Of a DNA stretch of 64,000 nt, positions 9,301 through 18,306 are shown in pieces. The first letter of the stretch is position 1; every line of letters begins with the position of its first letter. A model generated the notes under the pieces. That model saw only the letters and a list, made by a program, of their open reading frames with translations. It searched no databases and was not told where the DNA came from. Origin of the DNA: Holophagales bacterium (lineage in GTDB: Bacteria; Acidobacteriota; Thermoanaerobaculia; Multivoradales; UBA5704); the NCBI GenBank assembly GCA_031390755.1, contig JANMTS010000035.1, positions 28,758-92,757 on the forward strand. Reading direction: 5' to 3'. The position numbers were made by a program, and so were the translations under genes.

Positions 9301-10743
9301 TCAATCGAGGCTCCGCAGCATGCGCTTCTTCTTCCCGGCCGTGCGCAGCCTCACTGCGGGATCGCCGACGACGACGTAGTTTCGAGCGTCCTGGCTCTCA
9401 ATCCAGAGCTCGGCGAGGGCCTTTCGGTCCAGAGTGTCTTCAAGAAAGGCCTTCTTGAGTAGCTCTCCCAGAACCGTCGAGATGTCGGAGAATCGCTGGT
9501 TGAGCGGCTCCATGGCCCAGCCAACCCGGCCTCCACCAAGCAGCCGATTCATGGTCTCGACGAACGGGAGGATCTGTGAGCCCGTATCGCGCCAGAGAAA
9601 AGACTGCTGCCACACCTGCTCCACGTGGCCGATGACGGCCAGGGCTCCGCCATCCGGGTGGCTGAGCAGACGCTGCGCCAGGCTCGACACAAAGGGCTTC
9701 GGCGACACTGCCCGCATGTCTTCGACTCTGGAGGCAAAGTCATTGTTGACCGGAGTACCCGCGCTGTTGCAGGCAAACAGAAAGGCGATGAGGCCCAGCA
9801 AGCGGGCAGGCCCGTCAAGGTCAGCGGCCGAAAAGACATGCTCCGGCCCGGCAGCTTCCGTACACGGCCAGTCTTGGCATACGAGGGCGCCCTGGTGACT
9901 CCGTTGGCGAACATGTCCGTTCTTGTAGTAGACACCGTGACCAGCCGAGAACAGGAGATCCGGCGTCTCGTCTCCTCCGAGAAGTCGCCGCAGTCGCTCT
10001 TTGGTAGCCTTCTCTGCCAGGTAGGTCTCACACTGACAGCCAGGCTTGCCATCAAGCTCTTCGATCAGCGGCTTCAGCAATCGCTCATTGCTGACCTCGG
10101 TCCCCGCGTCCTGACAGGGGCCAAAAAAGGCGACCTTTGGACTCGGCTTGAACTCGTCCTCGGCTGCAACAACTGCCGCAGCGTAGGCAGCGAAAGCCTC
10201 TGGCGTCTCGAAGTGAACCCGCCCCACGGCATGGTGGTGATCGAGCCCATATTGGAATTCGAAGGGGATGTCCTCCGGACTGCCCACCAGAAGCAGGTAA
10301 TAGGGAACCTTCTTCGGATCGACTCTGCCGGGGCCAGCTCCCATGCGGGCGAGAAAATCCAGTTTGTCCTCGCCGCGGACATAACCCTTCTCGCCTGCGT
10401 AGATCTTGTAGAGAGAGCCTGCCTGTTCTCTGCGAAGCTTGAGCAGGGGCTCAAGAGCGTCGAGGCTCTCGGAGGCGAAGCGATCGGAGCCGGACACGAC
10501 GACGCCCCATCCGGCCTGGCTCAGATCGTTGGCGTCGACTCCGTCCTTGAGCTCGCGAACACGCCGCTTCTTCGACTTCGCGAGCCGCTCTAAGAGGATC
10601 TCCTCAACCTCGCGGGGGGAAACCGGTCGGCCGGTGTCTCCATCAATGCCACCCGCGCCGAGATTTGTCCTTGTGATCATCCGTGCACCTCCTGCGCAGG
10701 TCGCGGCAGGCGGGCCTTCACCCGCCTGCCAGCGGTTGGTCAC
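9301..10743 (-). CDS. Gingipain-like (peptidase C25-like) clan-CD cysteine peptidase, cytoplasmic (no signal peptide)
   Basis: 480 aa from GTG at 10743 (possible later start at MITRTNLG). Sequence blocks resemble the gingipain catalytic domain: YYLLLVGSPEDIPFEF (cf. YVLLIGDHKDIP), LLFSAGHGVYYKNGH (catalytic His) and LIAFLFACNSAGTP (catalytic Cys). GTGA overlap with the upstream small ORF. Confidence 0.6.
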   Translation of the reverse strand: MTNRWQAGEGPPAATCAGGARMITRTNLGAGGIDGDTGRPVSPREVEEILLERLAKSKKRRVRELKDGVDANDLSQAGWGVVVSGSDRFASESLDALEPLLKLRREQAGSLYKIYAGEKGYVRGEDKLDFLARMGAGPGRVDPKKVPYYLLLVGSPEDIPFEFQYGLDHHHAVGRVHFETPEAFAAYAAAVVAAEDEFKPSPKVAFFGPCQDAGTEVSNERLLKPLIEELDGKPGCQCETYLAEKATKERLRRLLGGDETPDLLFSAGHGVYYKNGHVRQRSHQGALVCQDWPCTEAAGPEHVFSAADLDGPARLLGLIAFLFACNSAGTPVNNDFASRVEDMRAVSPKPFVSSLAQRLLSHPDGGALAVIGHVEQVWQQSFLWRDTGSQILPFVETMNRLLGGGRVGWAMEPLNQRFSDISTVLGELLKKAFLEDTLDRKALAELWIESQDARNYVVVGDPAVRLRTAGKKKRMLRSLD

Positions 10744-10955
10744 TTGCCTTCGGTGGGATAACTCTGATTGCCCTTCGTGGTGGCGTCATCCTGAGCCGGA
10801 GCGGGTACTGCGCCAGCGACGGGATAGCTCTGGTTTCCCTTCCCTGTGCCGTCATCTTGGGCGGGTGCGGGATCTTCCCCCGGCGTGGGGTAGCTCTTGT
10901 TTCCCTTGGCCGTGACGTCACTCTGCGGATCCAACTGCGTGGTCTTGCCCTCCAT
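10740..10955 (-). CDS. Small hydrophilic tandem-repeat protein (3 x about 22-aa repeat KGN[KQ]SYP..PAPAQDD..), first gene of the peptidase operon
   Basis: 71 aa: MEGKTTQLDPQSDVTAKGNKSYPTPGEDPAPAQDDGTGKGNQSYPVAGAVPAPAQDDATTKGNQSYPTEGK. The DNA shows a 66-bp tandem repeat x3. Its stop overlaps the peptidase GTG start. Confidence 0.45.
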   Translation of the reverse strand: MEGKTTQLDPQSDVTAKGNKSYPTPGEDPAPAQDDGTGKGNQSYPVAGAVPAPAQDDATTKGNQSYPTEGK

Positions 10956-11117
10956 TGGGATCTCCTTTCAAGCATGGCGGATGCGATTCAGTCGCCCCGG
11001 TCATTCGAATAGACACCAGCTGCAGATAATTGTTGGGGGGCTGACAAACCTGGAGCGCCGCATCAACGCTCGTAGCGGGTGTCGGCGGTGTGGCAGGAGT
11101 CGTCGCTTGGAGGAATT

Positions 11118-13394
11118 TCAGTAAGGCTCGCCCTGCAGCAAGAACGCGGCCCAGGCCTTGGGCAAGCTTAGCTGGGACGATCTTTCGCCACGCAGGGACA
11201 ATTGAGCAGCCCGGAGCGCCTCTGAGGGCGGGAGCTTCTCGACCAGCATCTGATGATAAAACCGCTCCATCAATTCCTTCGTCCAGTCGTCCCGGACATT
11301 CCATAGACTGACCACAACTCGCTTGGCCCCGGCATGGAGGAAGGCCCGCGTCATTCCCATCGGCCCCTCGCCTCGCACCCTGGGGCCCAGGCCGCTTCCA
11401 CAGGCGCTCAGGACGACCAATTCCGCAGGAAATTTGAGCTTGTAGATCTCCGAAGCTCGAAGCAGGCCCTCCTGCAACACTCCCCGGTGGTCGTAGCGAG
11501 ACAGCACGAGCCCGCTGAAGTCAGGGTGGTCGTTGTAGATGTGATGCGTGCTGATGTGCAGGATCTGGTAGAGCGACAGGGACGGATCCATGGCCGTAGC
11601 ACGGTTGGCCTCGAATCCAATCGCCAGAAATCGGTCGGAGGGCGGAACCAACTTGAGGATGGCGTCAGCCTCGTCAGCCGTATCGGGCAGTCGTGACAAA
11701 CTGCCATAGTCCAACTCTCCCACCAGCCCCCGACTCTGGCTTCGAGAGTCTATTTTGACGCCGTTCAACCTCCGGTCGTCCCGGTTGAAGACGGCGTCCG
11801 TCAGCAACGCCAGTTGTTTGGGTGCCGGCTGCCGGCCCGAGAGGTTCCGTCGCATCTCCACTTGATAGGAGGCTGAGGGCACGTAACTGATGATGTGTCG
11901 ATCGATCAGTTCGCCCCGAGTCGAGGGCAGCGCGGCAAATGGGATCTGATGCAGGGCACCGTCTGCTCGAACCAGGAGTCGCTTGCGGAGCAAGGGCTCT
12001 GCGGCAGCCGGAAGGATGGCGAGGGCCAGTTCCCTGGCCTTCCAACCACGGTTCCTGTCACTCGACAGCTCTCTCCACGTCTCCGCGGCCAGGCCTTCGA
12101 TGACGTTCCGGCCTTTCTTCAGGTCGAAGGCATCGATCCGGTCCGGATTGACCACCCACAGGTAGCTGCCACGCTCTCCGAGCGAATACGAGAGGAGAGT
12201 CGTCTCCTTGTCCAGAAGCTTTCGCTGAATCTCCTGGAGACGGCTCCCCTCTTCTCTACCAAAATCGTCCAATAGAGACCGTGAGTGCGACAGGTCGCTG
12301 ATCTCGAAGGCCTTCACGGCTCGACTGACATCCCGGTCGCGCCGATAGAGCTCCATGAAGAGTGTGACATAGAGGTCGTAGTACTTCTGCCGGAAGGAGA
12401 AGAAGCCGACCCGCGCCCCGACGTCTTCAAGGCCTGTGCGGCTTGCCTCAACTAGATCGATCGATCGCTTCAGCGAGGCCAGGGCATCCTCATATCGCCC
12501 GAGGTCGCGGAGGACCTCGGCTCGGCCGAAGAGCATAGACGCCTGGGCCAGAGGCTCCGGAACGGATTCAAGAAGCCTATAGGCTTCGTCAAATAGACGA
12601 AGGGCCTCGGATTCTCTCCCCTGGACATCCTCCAGATGAGCAAGATCCGCCAGGGAGAAAGCCTCCCAGCGAAGGCTCCCGGCTCGTCTTGCTGTGGATG
12701 CAGCCTCCTCCAAACCCTGTCTTGCCAGGGTCATCTTGCCTTGATCTCGGTAGACATTTCCGCGTCGCTGGAGGGTGCGAGCCCGGTCTTCCTGGTCCTG
12801 AGCCACTCTCAAGCCGTTCTCATAAGCCCACAAAGCTTTATCCAGCTTGTCGAGATCGTGGTACGCGAGACCCAAGCCATCGTAAACCATGCCCAGCACG
12901 TCCCGCCGAGATTCCACCTGGCTGAGCTTTCGAGCCTGCTCGTAGTACTTCAGGGCTTCTTCACTCAAACCGACCGTCAAGAGAAGTTGCCCGAGATCGC
13001 AGTTCGTCAGCGCCTGTTCAGAGGGTTCGTTTACCGAGGGCCAGATTTGAAGCGCTCGTCGATATTCGGTGAACGCAGTCTGAAGCTCGCCGCGATAGAA
13101 GGCGAGCGAGCCGTACCCATTGTGGGCCATTGCCAGCCCTCCCTGATCCCCTGCGGCCTCGGCCAACCTGAAGGCACGATCGTAGTGATCCTTTGCCTGT
13201 CTGGCGTCGACCTCTTCCAGCCGACGACCTGCCGCAATCTCTTTTCGGACTTCCGAGCTGCGGATCGGCCTCTTCGAGGTCGCCGGGCGTGAGGCAGGTG
13301 AGGGAGGAGTCCGAGAGTAGGGCTCGACGGGGGCGGTCGCCAAGCACGCCAGCAGCACTCCCGCAAGCGTGAATTTACAGCGGTTAAAGAGCAT
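11118..13394 (-). CDS. Secreted TPR-repeat protein with C-terminal CHAT domain
   Basis: 758 aa with a signal peptide (LAGVLLACLATAPVEP) and multiple TPR-like repeats (..ALKYYEQARKL.., ..ALWAYENGLRV..). The C-terminal CHAT region has LYQILHISTHHIY (His) and ELVVLSACGSGLG (Cys). Confidence 0.75.
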   Translation of the reverse strand: MLFNRCKFTLAGVLLACLATAPVEPYSRTPPSPASRPATSKRPIRSSEVRKEIAAGRRLEEVDARQAKDHYDRAFRLAEAAGDQGGLAMAHNGYGSLAFYRGELQTAFTEYRRALQIWPSVNEPSEQALTNCDLGQLLLTVGLSEEALKYYEQARKLSQVESRRDVLGMVYDGLGLAYHDLDKLDKALWAYENGLRVAQDQEDRARTLQRRGNVYRDQGKMTLARQGLEEAASTARRAGSLRWEAFSLADLAHLEDVQGRESEALRLFDEAYRLLESVPEPLAQASMLFGRAEVLRDLGRYEDALASLKRSIDLVEASRTGLEDVGARVGFFSFRQKYYDLYVTLFMELYRRDRDVSRAVKAFEISDLSHSRSLLDDFGREEGSRLQEIQRKLLDKETTLLSYSLGERGSYLWVVNPDRIDAFDLKKGRNVIEGLAAETWRELSSDRNRGWKARELALAILPAAAEPLLRKRLLVRADGALHQIPFAALPSTRGELIDRHIISYVPSASYQVEMRRNLSGRQPAPKQLALLTDAVFNRDDRRLNGVKIDSRSQSRGLVGELDYGSLSRLPDTADEADAILKLVPPSDRFLAIGFEANRATAMDPSLSLYQILHISTHHIYNDHPDFSGLVLSRYDHRGVLQEGLLRASEIYKLKFPAELVVLSACGSGLGPRVRGEGPMGMTRAFLHAGAKRVVVSLWNVRDDWTKELMERFYHQMLVEKLPPSEALRAAQLSLRGERSSQLSLPKAWAAFLLQGEPY

Positions 13395-14184
13395 TGATCT
13401 CGAAAGGCTTCTCGCTGATTAAGTGTTCTCCTGGATCATTCGCGAGCCGGCCGTAGGTCTTTGCCAGATAACGCCCTGCGGGAAGGGTTCCGCCAGGGAT
13501 GACGAATGAACCACTTGGCGAAGAGTTACCCTTGAAAGAGGTTCTCCAGACCTCGCGTTCACCTTGCAGGATCCGCCCTTCAAACAGGGCGTACTCATCC
13601 TTGGCATAAGATTGAACTGTGATGGCAACGTTTCCAGGGAAGAGATCCAAGTCCTCCTCTGACAATCCTCCTCGGGTCGGCGTAGTATCCAGCACATTGA
13701 TGGCCCCACCCTCGACCGTAGACCTTGGGGTGAGATTCAATCCACACAGGAGCCCTAGCCCCCCGGCTACAACCAAGGCAGCCGCTTGAGCCCAAAGGCG
13801 AGCCTTACGCCTCGATGGCGCTTCTGGGGATGGAGCCGTCACGGGAGCGCGGAACGGTAGCACCGCCGCAGCCTGCTCTTCCACCTCTCTCCTCTCCGCC
13901 GCCAGCTTCGCCTTCAACGCCTGCCAGTCCTCCTCCACCTCCGCATCGGTAAGCTCCGGCACTCCCGCAGGCGGGGCCAGGGTGGCGAAGCCGGCCAGAT
14001 CGAGGAGGAGGTCGCTGCAGTGCCGGCAGAGCGCCAGGTGCTGGCGGACGCGGGCTTCGGCCTCCGTGGGGAGGGAGCCTTCGTGGTAGGCGGTCAGCTC
14101 CCGGGGGGTGGCGTGCTCGGTGCTGCGCTCACGTTCCGCAAGGTGGCGGATCGCAGCGTTGAGGGATGGTTTTTCTTGGCTCAC
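13384..14184 (-). CDS. Anti-sigma factor (zf-HC2 putative zinc-finger, single TM)
   Basis: Motif HLALCRHCSDLL (zf-HC2) and a TM segment LWAQAAALVVAGGLGLLCGL. A likely GTG start at 14184 overlaps the sigma-factor stop. Its 3' end overlaps the TPR-CHAT start by 11 nt. Confidence 0.6.
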   Translation of the reverse strand: MSQEKPSLNAAIRHLAERERSTEHATPRELTAYHEGSLPTEAEARVRQHLALCRHCSDLLLDLAGFATLAPPAGVPELTDAEVEEDWQALKAKLAAERREVEEQAAAVLPFRAPVTAPSPEAPSRRKARLWAQAAALVVAGGLGLLCGLNLTPRSTVEGGAINVLDTTPTRGGLSEEDLDLFPGNVAITVQSYAKDEYALFEGRILQGEREVWRTSFKGNSSPSGSFVIPGGTLPAGRYLAKTYGRLANDPGEHLISEKPFEINAL

Positions 14185-14185
14185 G

Positions 14186-14770
14186 TCAATACTCTTCACT
14201 TGTAAAATAATTTCCCAGCCGGTCCCGGAGGTGCTGCCTTGCTTGATACAAGTGCGCCTTGACGGTCTCAATGGAGACGCTCATCTCCTCCGCGATCTCA
14301 CGATACTTCAAATCGCCGTCCACGCGCAGGAACACAGCCTTCTTCATCTGCGGCGGAAGCTCCGCCAGGGCGTCGCGAAGAAGCTTCTCCCGCTCGCGCC
14401 CCAGGATGGCCTCCAGCGGATCGTTTTCGCCTTCGCCGTCCAGGGCCACCGTTCCCGCTTCGGACTCCTCCAGGGGGATCTCCTCCCGGTCCCTCTTCAG
14501 GGTCCCTTGAGTCCGAAGCTGGTTCTTGTAGAGATTCGCCGCGATCTGGAACAGCCAGGTTTCGATGCTGCTGTCCCCGCGGAAGCTCTCTCTATTTCTA
14601 TAGACCCGAAGAAATGTCTCTTGGGCGAGGTCGCGGCTCTCATCCACCGAAAATCCCCGGCGGAGAAAGAAGGAGACGACCGGGCGGTGGTATCGCCGGA
14701 AGAGATCCTCAGCCACTACACCTGGAGTGTTGTCGTCGGATCCGAGGTCGTCCGTCATAACCATCGACAC
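14186..14770 (-). CDS. ECF-family RNA polymerase sigma-70 factor
   Basis: 194 aa with region 2 (FLRVYRNRESFRGDSSIETWLFQIAANLYKN) and region 4 (LPPQMKKAVFLRVDGDLKYREIAEEMSVSIETVKAHLYQARQHLR). Confidence 0.85.
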   Translation of the reverse strand: MSMVMTDDLGSDDNTPGVVAEDLFRRYHRPVVSFFLRRGFSVDESRDLAQETFLRVYRNRESFRGDSSIETWLFQIAANLYKNQLRTQGTLKRDREEIPLEESEAGTVALDGEGENDPLEAILGREREKLLRDALAELPPQMKKAVFLRVDGDLKYREIAEEMSVSIETVKAHLYQARQHLRDRLGNYFTSEEY

Positions 14771-14788
14771 CTCTTCGTCAACTCAGAC

Positions 14789-14818
14789 GCCCTCTCCTCC
14801 AGGGTTGAAGGAGAGGGC
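14789..14818 (-). terminator. Putative terminator hairpin downstream of the yceI-like gene (gccctctcctcc..ggagagggc), no U-tract
   Basis: Inverted repeat seen 19 bp after the YceI stop. It also lies just upstream of the ECF sigma gene. Confidence 0.3.
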
Positions 14819-14836
14819 TGAAGCGAGGAAAGGGAG

Positions 14837-15436
14837 CTACTTCTTGGCCGGGGCCGGGCCGTCGGCTTCGATCGAGATGGTGACCTTCACCTCGTCGCCC
14901 AGGATGGCGCCGCCGGTGTCGAGCGCCCGGTTCCAGGTGATGCCGTATTCCTTGCGGTCGACCTTGAAGGTGGTCTCGAAGCCGGCCTTCTCACCGCCCT
15001 GCGGAGTCTTCACCGTGCCGAGCACGTCGACCGGGATCGTCACCTTCTTGGTGACGCCCTTGATGGTCAGGTCGCCCGTGACTTCCAGGGTGTCTGCGTC
15101 CTTGGCCTTGACGGAGGTGCTGGTGAAGCTCCAGACGGGATTCTTCTCGACGCCGAAGAAGTCATCGCCGCGCAGGTGGTTGTCCCGGTCGCCGTTGCCG
15201 GTGTCGACCGACTTGGCCTGGACCTGGAAGCTGACGCTCGACGCCGCCGGATTGGCCTTGTCGTACTTGATGGTGCCGCTGAAGTCCGAGAAGCGGCCGG
15301 AGACGTTCGACACGAAGTGACGGATGGTGAAGTTCACGCCGCTGTGGCCGGCGTCGACCTTGTAGGTCTCGGCTGCCGCGAGGGCCGGCAGAAGAAGCGT
15401 CAGGGAAAGGGCTTGAAGAAGAGCTTTGCACCGCAT
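14837..15436 (-). CDS. YceI-family periplasmic polyisoprenoid-binding protein
   Basis: 199 aa with a signal peptide (LLLPALAAA). YceI-like blocks: YKVDAGHSGVNFTIRHFVSNVSGRF and GDLTIKGVTKKVTIPVD. Confidence 0.75.
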   Translation of the reverse strand: MRCKALLQALSLTLLLPALAAAETYKVDAGHSGVNFTIRHFVSNVSGRFSDFSGTIKYDKANPAASSVSFQVQAKSVDTGNGDRDNHLRGDDFFGVEKNPVWSFTSTSVKAKDADTLEVTGDLTIKGVTKKVTIPVDVLGTVKTPQGGEKAGFETTFKVDRKEYGITWNRALDTGGAILGDEVKVTISIEADGPAPAKK

Positions 15437-15505
15437 GGTTTCAATCCTCCAGAAGATCGTTTTTCGGGCAACAACGTTATCAGACGAATGCCTTGGACAA
15501 GTACT

Positions 15506-18253
15506 TTAGACGGATAGGGCGTACGGCGCCTCGGGGTCGACCCCCAGCTCCGCGATGGCCCGCTGTACGGTGGCGGCGTCGACCTCTCCCCGCCGGGCCA
15601 GCTCGGACAGGGCCGCGACGGTCAAGGACTCGGCGTCCACCTCGAAGAAGCGGCGCAGGGCCTCGCGCGTGTCGCTGCGGCCGAAGCCGTCGGTGCCCAG
15701 AGGGAGGAAACGCCCGGGCAGCCAGCGCGCGATCTGGTCGGGGACCAGCTTCATGTAGTCGGACACCGCCAGGATCGGCCGGTCGTCCCCTTCGAAGAGC
15801 GAGACCACGTACGGCTTGCGCGGCTCCTGGTCCGGATGGAGACGGTTCCAGCGCTCGGTCTCCAGGGCCTCGCGGCGCACCTCCTTGTAGCTGGTGGCGC
15901 TCCAGACGTCCGCCGCGACGCCGTAGCGCTCGGCCAGGATCGCCTGCGCCCTCAGGGCCTCGCGGTGCAGCGAGCCGCTGCCCAGGAGGTGGACCCGCGG
16001 GCGCCTGTCTCCGCCTTCAGTCCCTTCCGCCCCGTCAGGTCCGGCTGGCCCGGCTGACCCGGCAAGGGGGGGACCGCTGAAGTGGTAGAGCCCCTTGAGA
16101 ATCCCCTCCTTCGCGCCCTCGGGCATCGGCGGCATGGGGTAGTTCTCGTTGGCGAGGGTGATGTAGTAGAAGATGTCCTCCCGGTCCTTGTACATGCGCC
16201 GGAGGCCGTCCTCCAGGATCACGGCCAGCTCGAAGGCGTAGGCCGGATCGAACGCCACGAGGTTCGGCACGACGCTCGCCAGCACGTGGCTGTGACCGTC
16301 CTCGTGCTGAAGGCCCTCGCCGTTGAGCGTGGTGCGGCCGGCCGTGGCGCCGAGCAGGAAGCCCCGGGTCCGCTGGTCCGCGGCGGCCCAGATGAGGTCG
16401 CCCACGCGCTGGAACCCGAACATCGAGTAGAAGATGAAGAACGGGATGGCGTCGATGCCGTGGGTGGCGTACGAGGTGCCGGCGGCGATGAACGACGCCA
16501 TCGAGCCCGCCTCGGTGATGCCCTCCTCCAGGATCTGGCCGTCCGTGGACTCCTTGTAGTAGAGCAGCACGTCCTTGTCGACCGGCTCGTAGAGCTGGCC
16601 GACGTGGGAGTAGATGCCGACCTGCCGGAACAGGGACTCCATGCCGAAGGTGCGCGCCTCGTCCGGCACGATCGGCACGACCTGCTTGCCGATCACCGGG
16701 TCCTTGATGAGCTGGGTCAGCATCTGGACGAACACCATGGTGGTCGAGACCTCGCGGTCGACGCCGGAGTGGTAGCGCTCCCAGATGGAGGCCTCGGGCT
16801 GCGGCAGCGGCTCCTTGCGCACGCGCCGGCTGGGCACCGGGCCGCCGAGGGCGTGGCGCCGCTCCATGAGGTACTGGATCTCCTCGCTCTTCTCGTCCGG
16901 CCGGTAGAACGGGATGTCCGGCAGGTTCTCGTCCAGGATCGGGATGTCGAAGCGGTCCCGGAAAAGCTTGATCTCGGCCTCGGAGAGCTTCTTCTGCTGG
17001 TGCGAGATGTTGCGCCCTTCGCCGGCCAGGCCGAGGCCGTAGCCCTTGACGGTCTTGGCCAGGATGACGGTCGGCGAGCCGGTGTGCTCCACCGCGGCCT
17101 TGAACGCGGCGTAAACCTTGGCCGGATCGTGGCCGCCGCGGCGCAGGGCGTGGATCTGGTCGTCCGAATAGTTTTTCACCAGCTCGAGCAGCTCGGGATA
17201 GCGGCCGAAGAACTCGCGGCGCACGTACGAGCCGTTCTCGACGGTGTACTTCTGAAACTCGCCGTCGAGCGTCTCGTTCATGCGCTGGATCAGCAGGCCG
17301 GTGTTGTCGGCCTCGATGATCGGATCCCAGTCCGAGCCCCAGATGACCTTGATGACGTTCCAGCCGGCGCCGCGGAAGTTGGTCTCCAGCTCCTGGATGA
17401 TCTTGCCGTTGCCGCGGACGGGGCCGTCGAGGCGCTGCAGGTTGCAGTTGACGACGAAGATCAGGTTGTCAAGCTTCTCGCGGGCCGCCAGGCTGATGGC
17501 GCCGAGCGATTCCGGCTCGTCGGTCTCGCCGTCTCCGAGGAAGGCCCAGACCTTGCGGTTCTGCGGATCGCGGAGGCCGCGGTCGCGCAGGTAGCGGTTG
17601 AACTTCGCCTGGTAGATGGCGGAGATGGGGCCCAGGCCCATGGAGACGGTCGGGAACTCCCAGAAGTCCTGCATGAGCCACGGATGCGGGTAGGAGGACA
17701 GGCCTCCCCCGGCCGCCAGCTCGCGGCGGAACGCCTCCAGCTGCCCGACGGAGATGCGCCCTTCGAGGAAGGCGTTGGCGTAGAGGCCCGGCGCGCCGTG
17801 ACCCTGGAAGTAGATGACGTCGCCTTCGAAGCCGCTCTCGCCGCGGCCGCGGAAGAAGTGGTGCCAGCCGACCTGGTAGAGCGTCGCGGACGAGGCGAAG
17901 GTGGAGATGTGGCCGCCCAGGCCGGGATAGTGCTTGTTGGCGCGCACGACCATGGCCATGGCGTTCCAGCGCACGAGGCTCTTGATGCGGCGCTCGATGG
18001 CGCGGTCGCCGCCGTAGGCCGGCTCTTCGCTCTTGGGGATCGTATTGATGTAGGGCGTGTTGCCCGTGAACGGGAGGGTGACGTCCTTCTCGAAGCCCTT
18101 TTCCAGCAGCTTCTTGAGCAGGTACTGGGCGCGCTCGTGCCCTTCGATCTCGATGACCTGCTCGAAGGCGGTCAGCCACTCCTCGGTTTCCTGAACATCC
18201 GTGTCCTTGCCACCCGTATACCAGTTGAGTGGCGTGCTGAACTGCTCGCTCAT
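15506..18253 (-). CDS. aceE: Pyruvate dehydrogenase E1 component (homodimeric type)
   Basis: 915 aa with an AceE-typical N-terminus (..DVQETEEWLTAFEQVIEIEGHERAQYLLKKLLEK..) and the TPP-binding GDGETDEPES. Confidence 0.9.
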   Translation of the reverse strand: MSEQFSTPLNWYTGGKDTDVQETEEWLTAFEQVIEIEGHERAQYLLKKLLEKGFEKDVTLPFTGNTPYINTIPKSEEPAYGGDRAIERRIKSLVRWNAMAMVVRANKHYPGLGGHISTFASSATLYQVGWHHFFRGRGESGFEGDVIYFQGHGAPGLYANAFLEGRISVGQLEAFRRELAAGGGLSSYPHPWLMQDFWEFPTVSMGLGPISAIYQAKFNRYLRDRGLRDPQNRKVWAFLGDGETDEPESLGAISLAAREKLDNLIFVVNCNLQRLDGPVRGNGKIIQELETNFRGAGWNVIKVIWGSDWDPIIEADNTGLLIQRMNETLDGEFQKYTVENGSYVRREFFGRYPELLELVKNYSDDQIHALRRGGHDPAKVYAAFKAAVEHTGSPTVILAKTVKGYGLGLAGEGRNISHQQKKLSEAEIKLFRDRFDIPILDENLPDIPFYRPDEKSEEIQYLMERRHALGGPVPSRRVRKEPLPQPEASIWERYHSGVDREVSTTMVFVQMLTQLIKDPVIGKQVVPIVPDEARTFGMESLFRQVGIYSHVGQLYEPVDKDVLLYYKESTDGQILEEGITEAGSMASFIAAGTSYATHGIDAIPFFIFYSMFGFQRVGDLIWAAADQRTRGFLLGATAGRTTLNGEGLQHEDGHSHVLASVVPNLVAFDPAYAFELAVILEDGLRRMYKDREDIFYYITLANENYPMPPMPEGAKEGILKGLYHFSGPPLAGSAGPAGPDGAEGTEGGDRRPRVHLLGSGSLHREALRAQAILAERYGVAADVWSATSYKEVRREALETERWNRLHPDQEPRKPYVVSLFEGDDRPILAVSDYMKLVPDQIARWLPGRFLPLGTDGFGRSDTREALRRFFEVDAESLTVAALSELARRGEVDAATVQRAIAELGVDPEAPYALSV

Positions 18254-18306
18254 GCTCGCGTGACCTCCTGCCCGGGGCGTCTTCCCCCGGTCGACCCCTT
18301 AGATTG

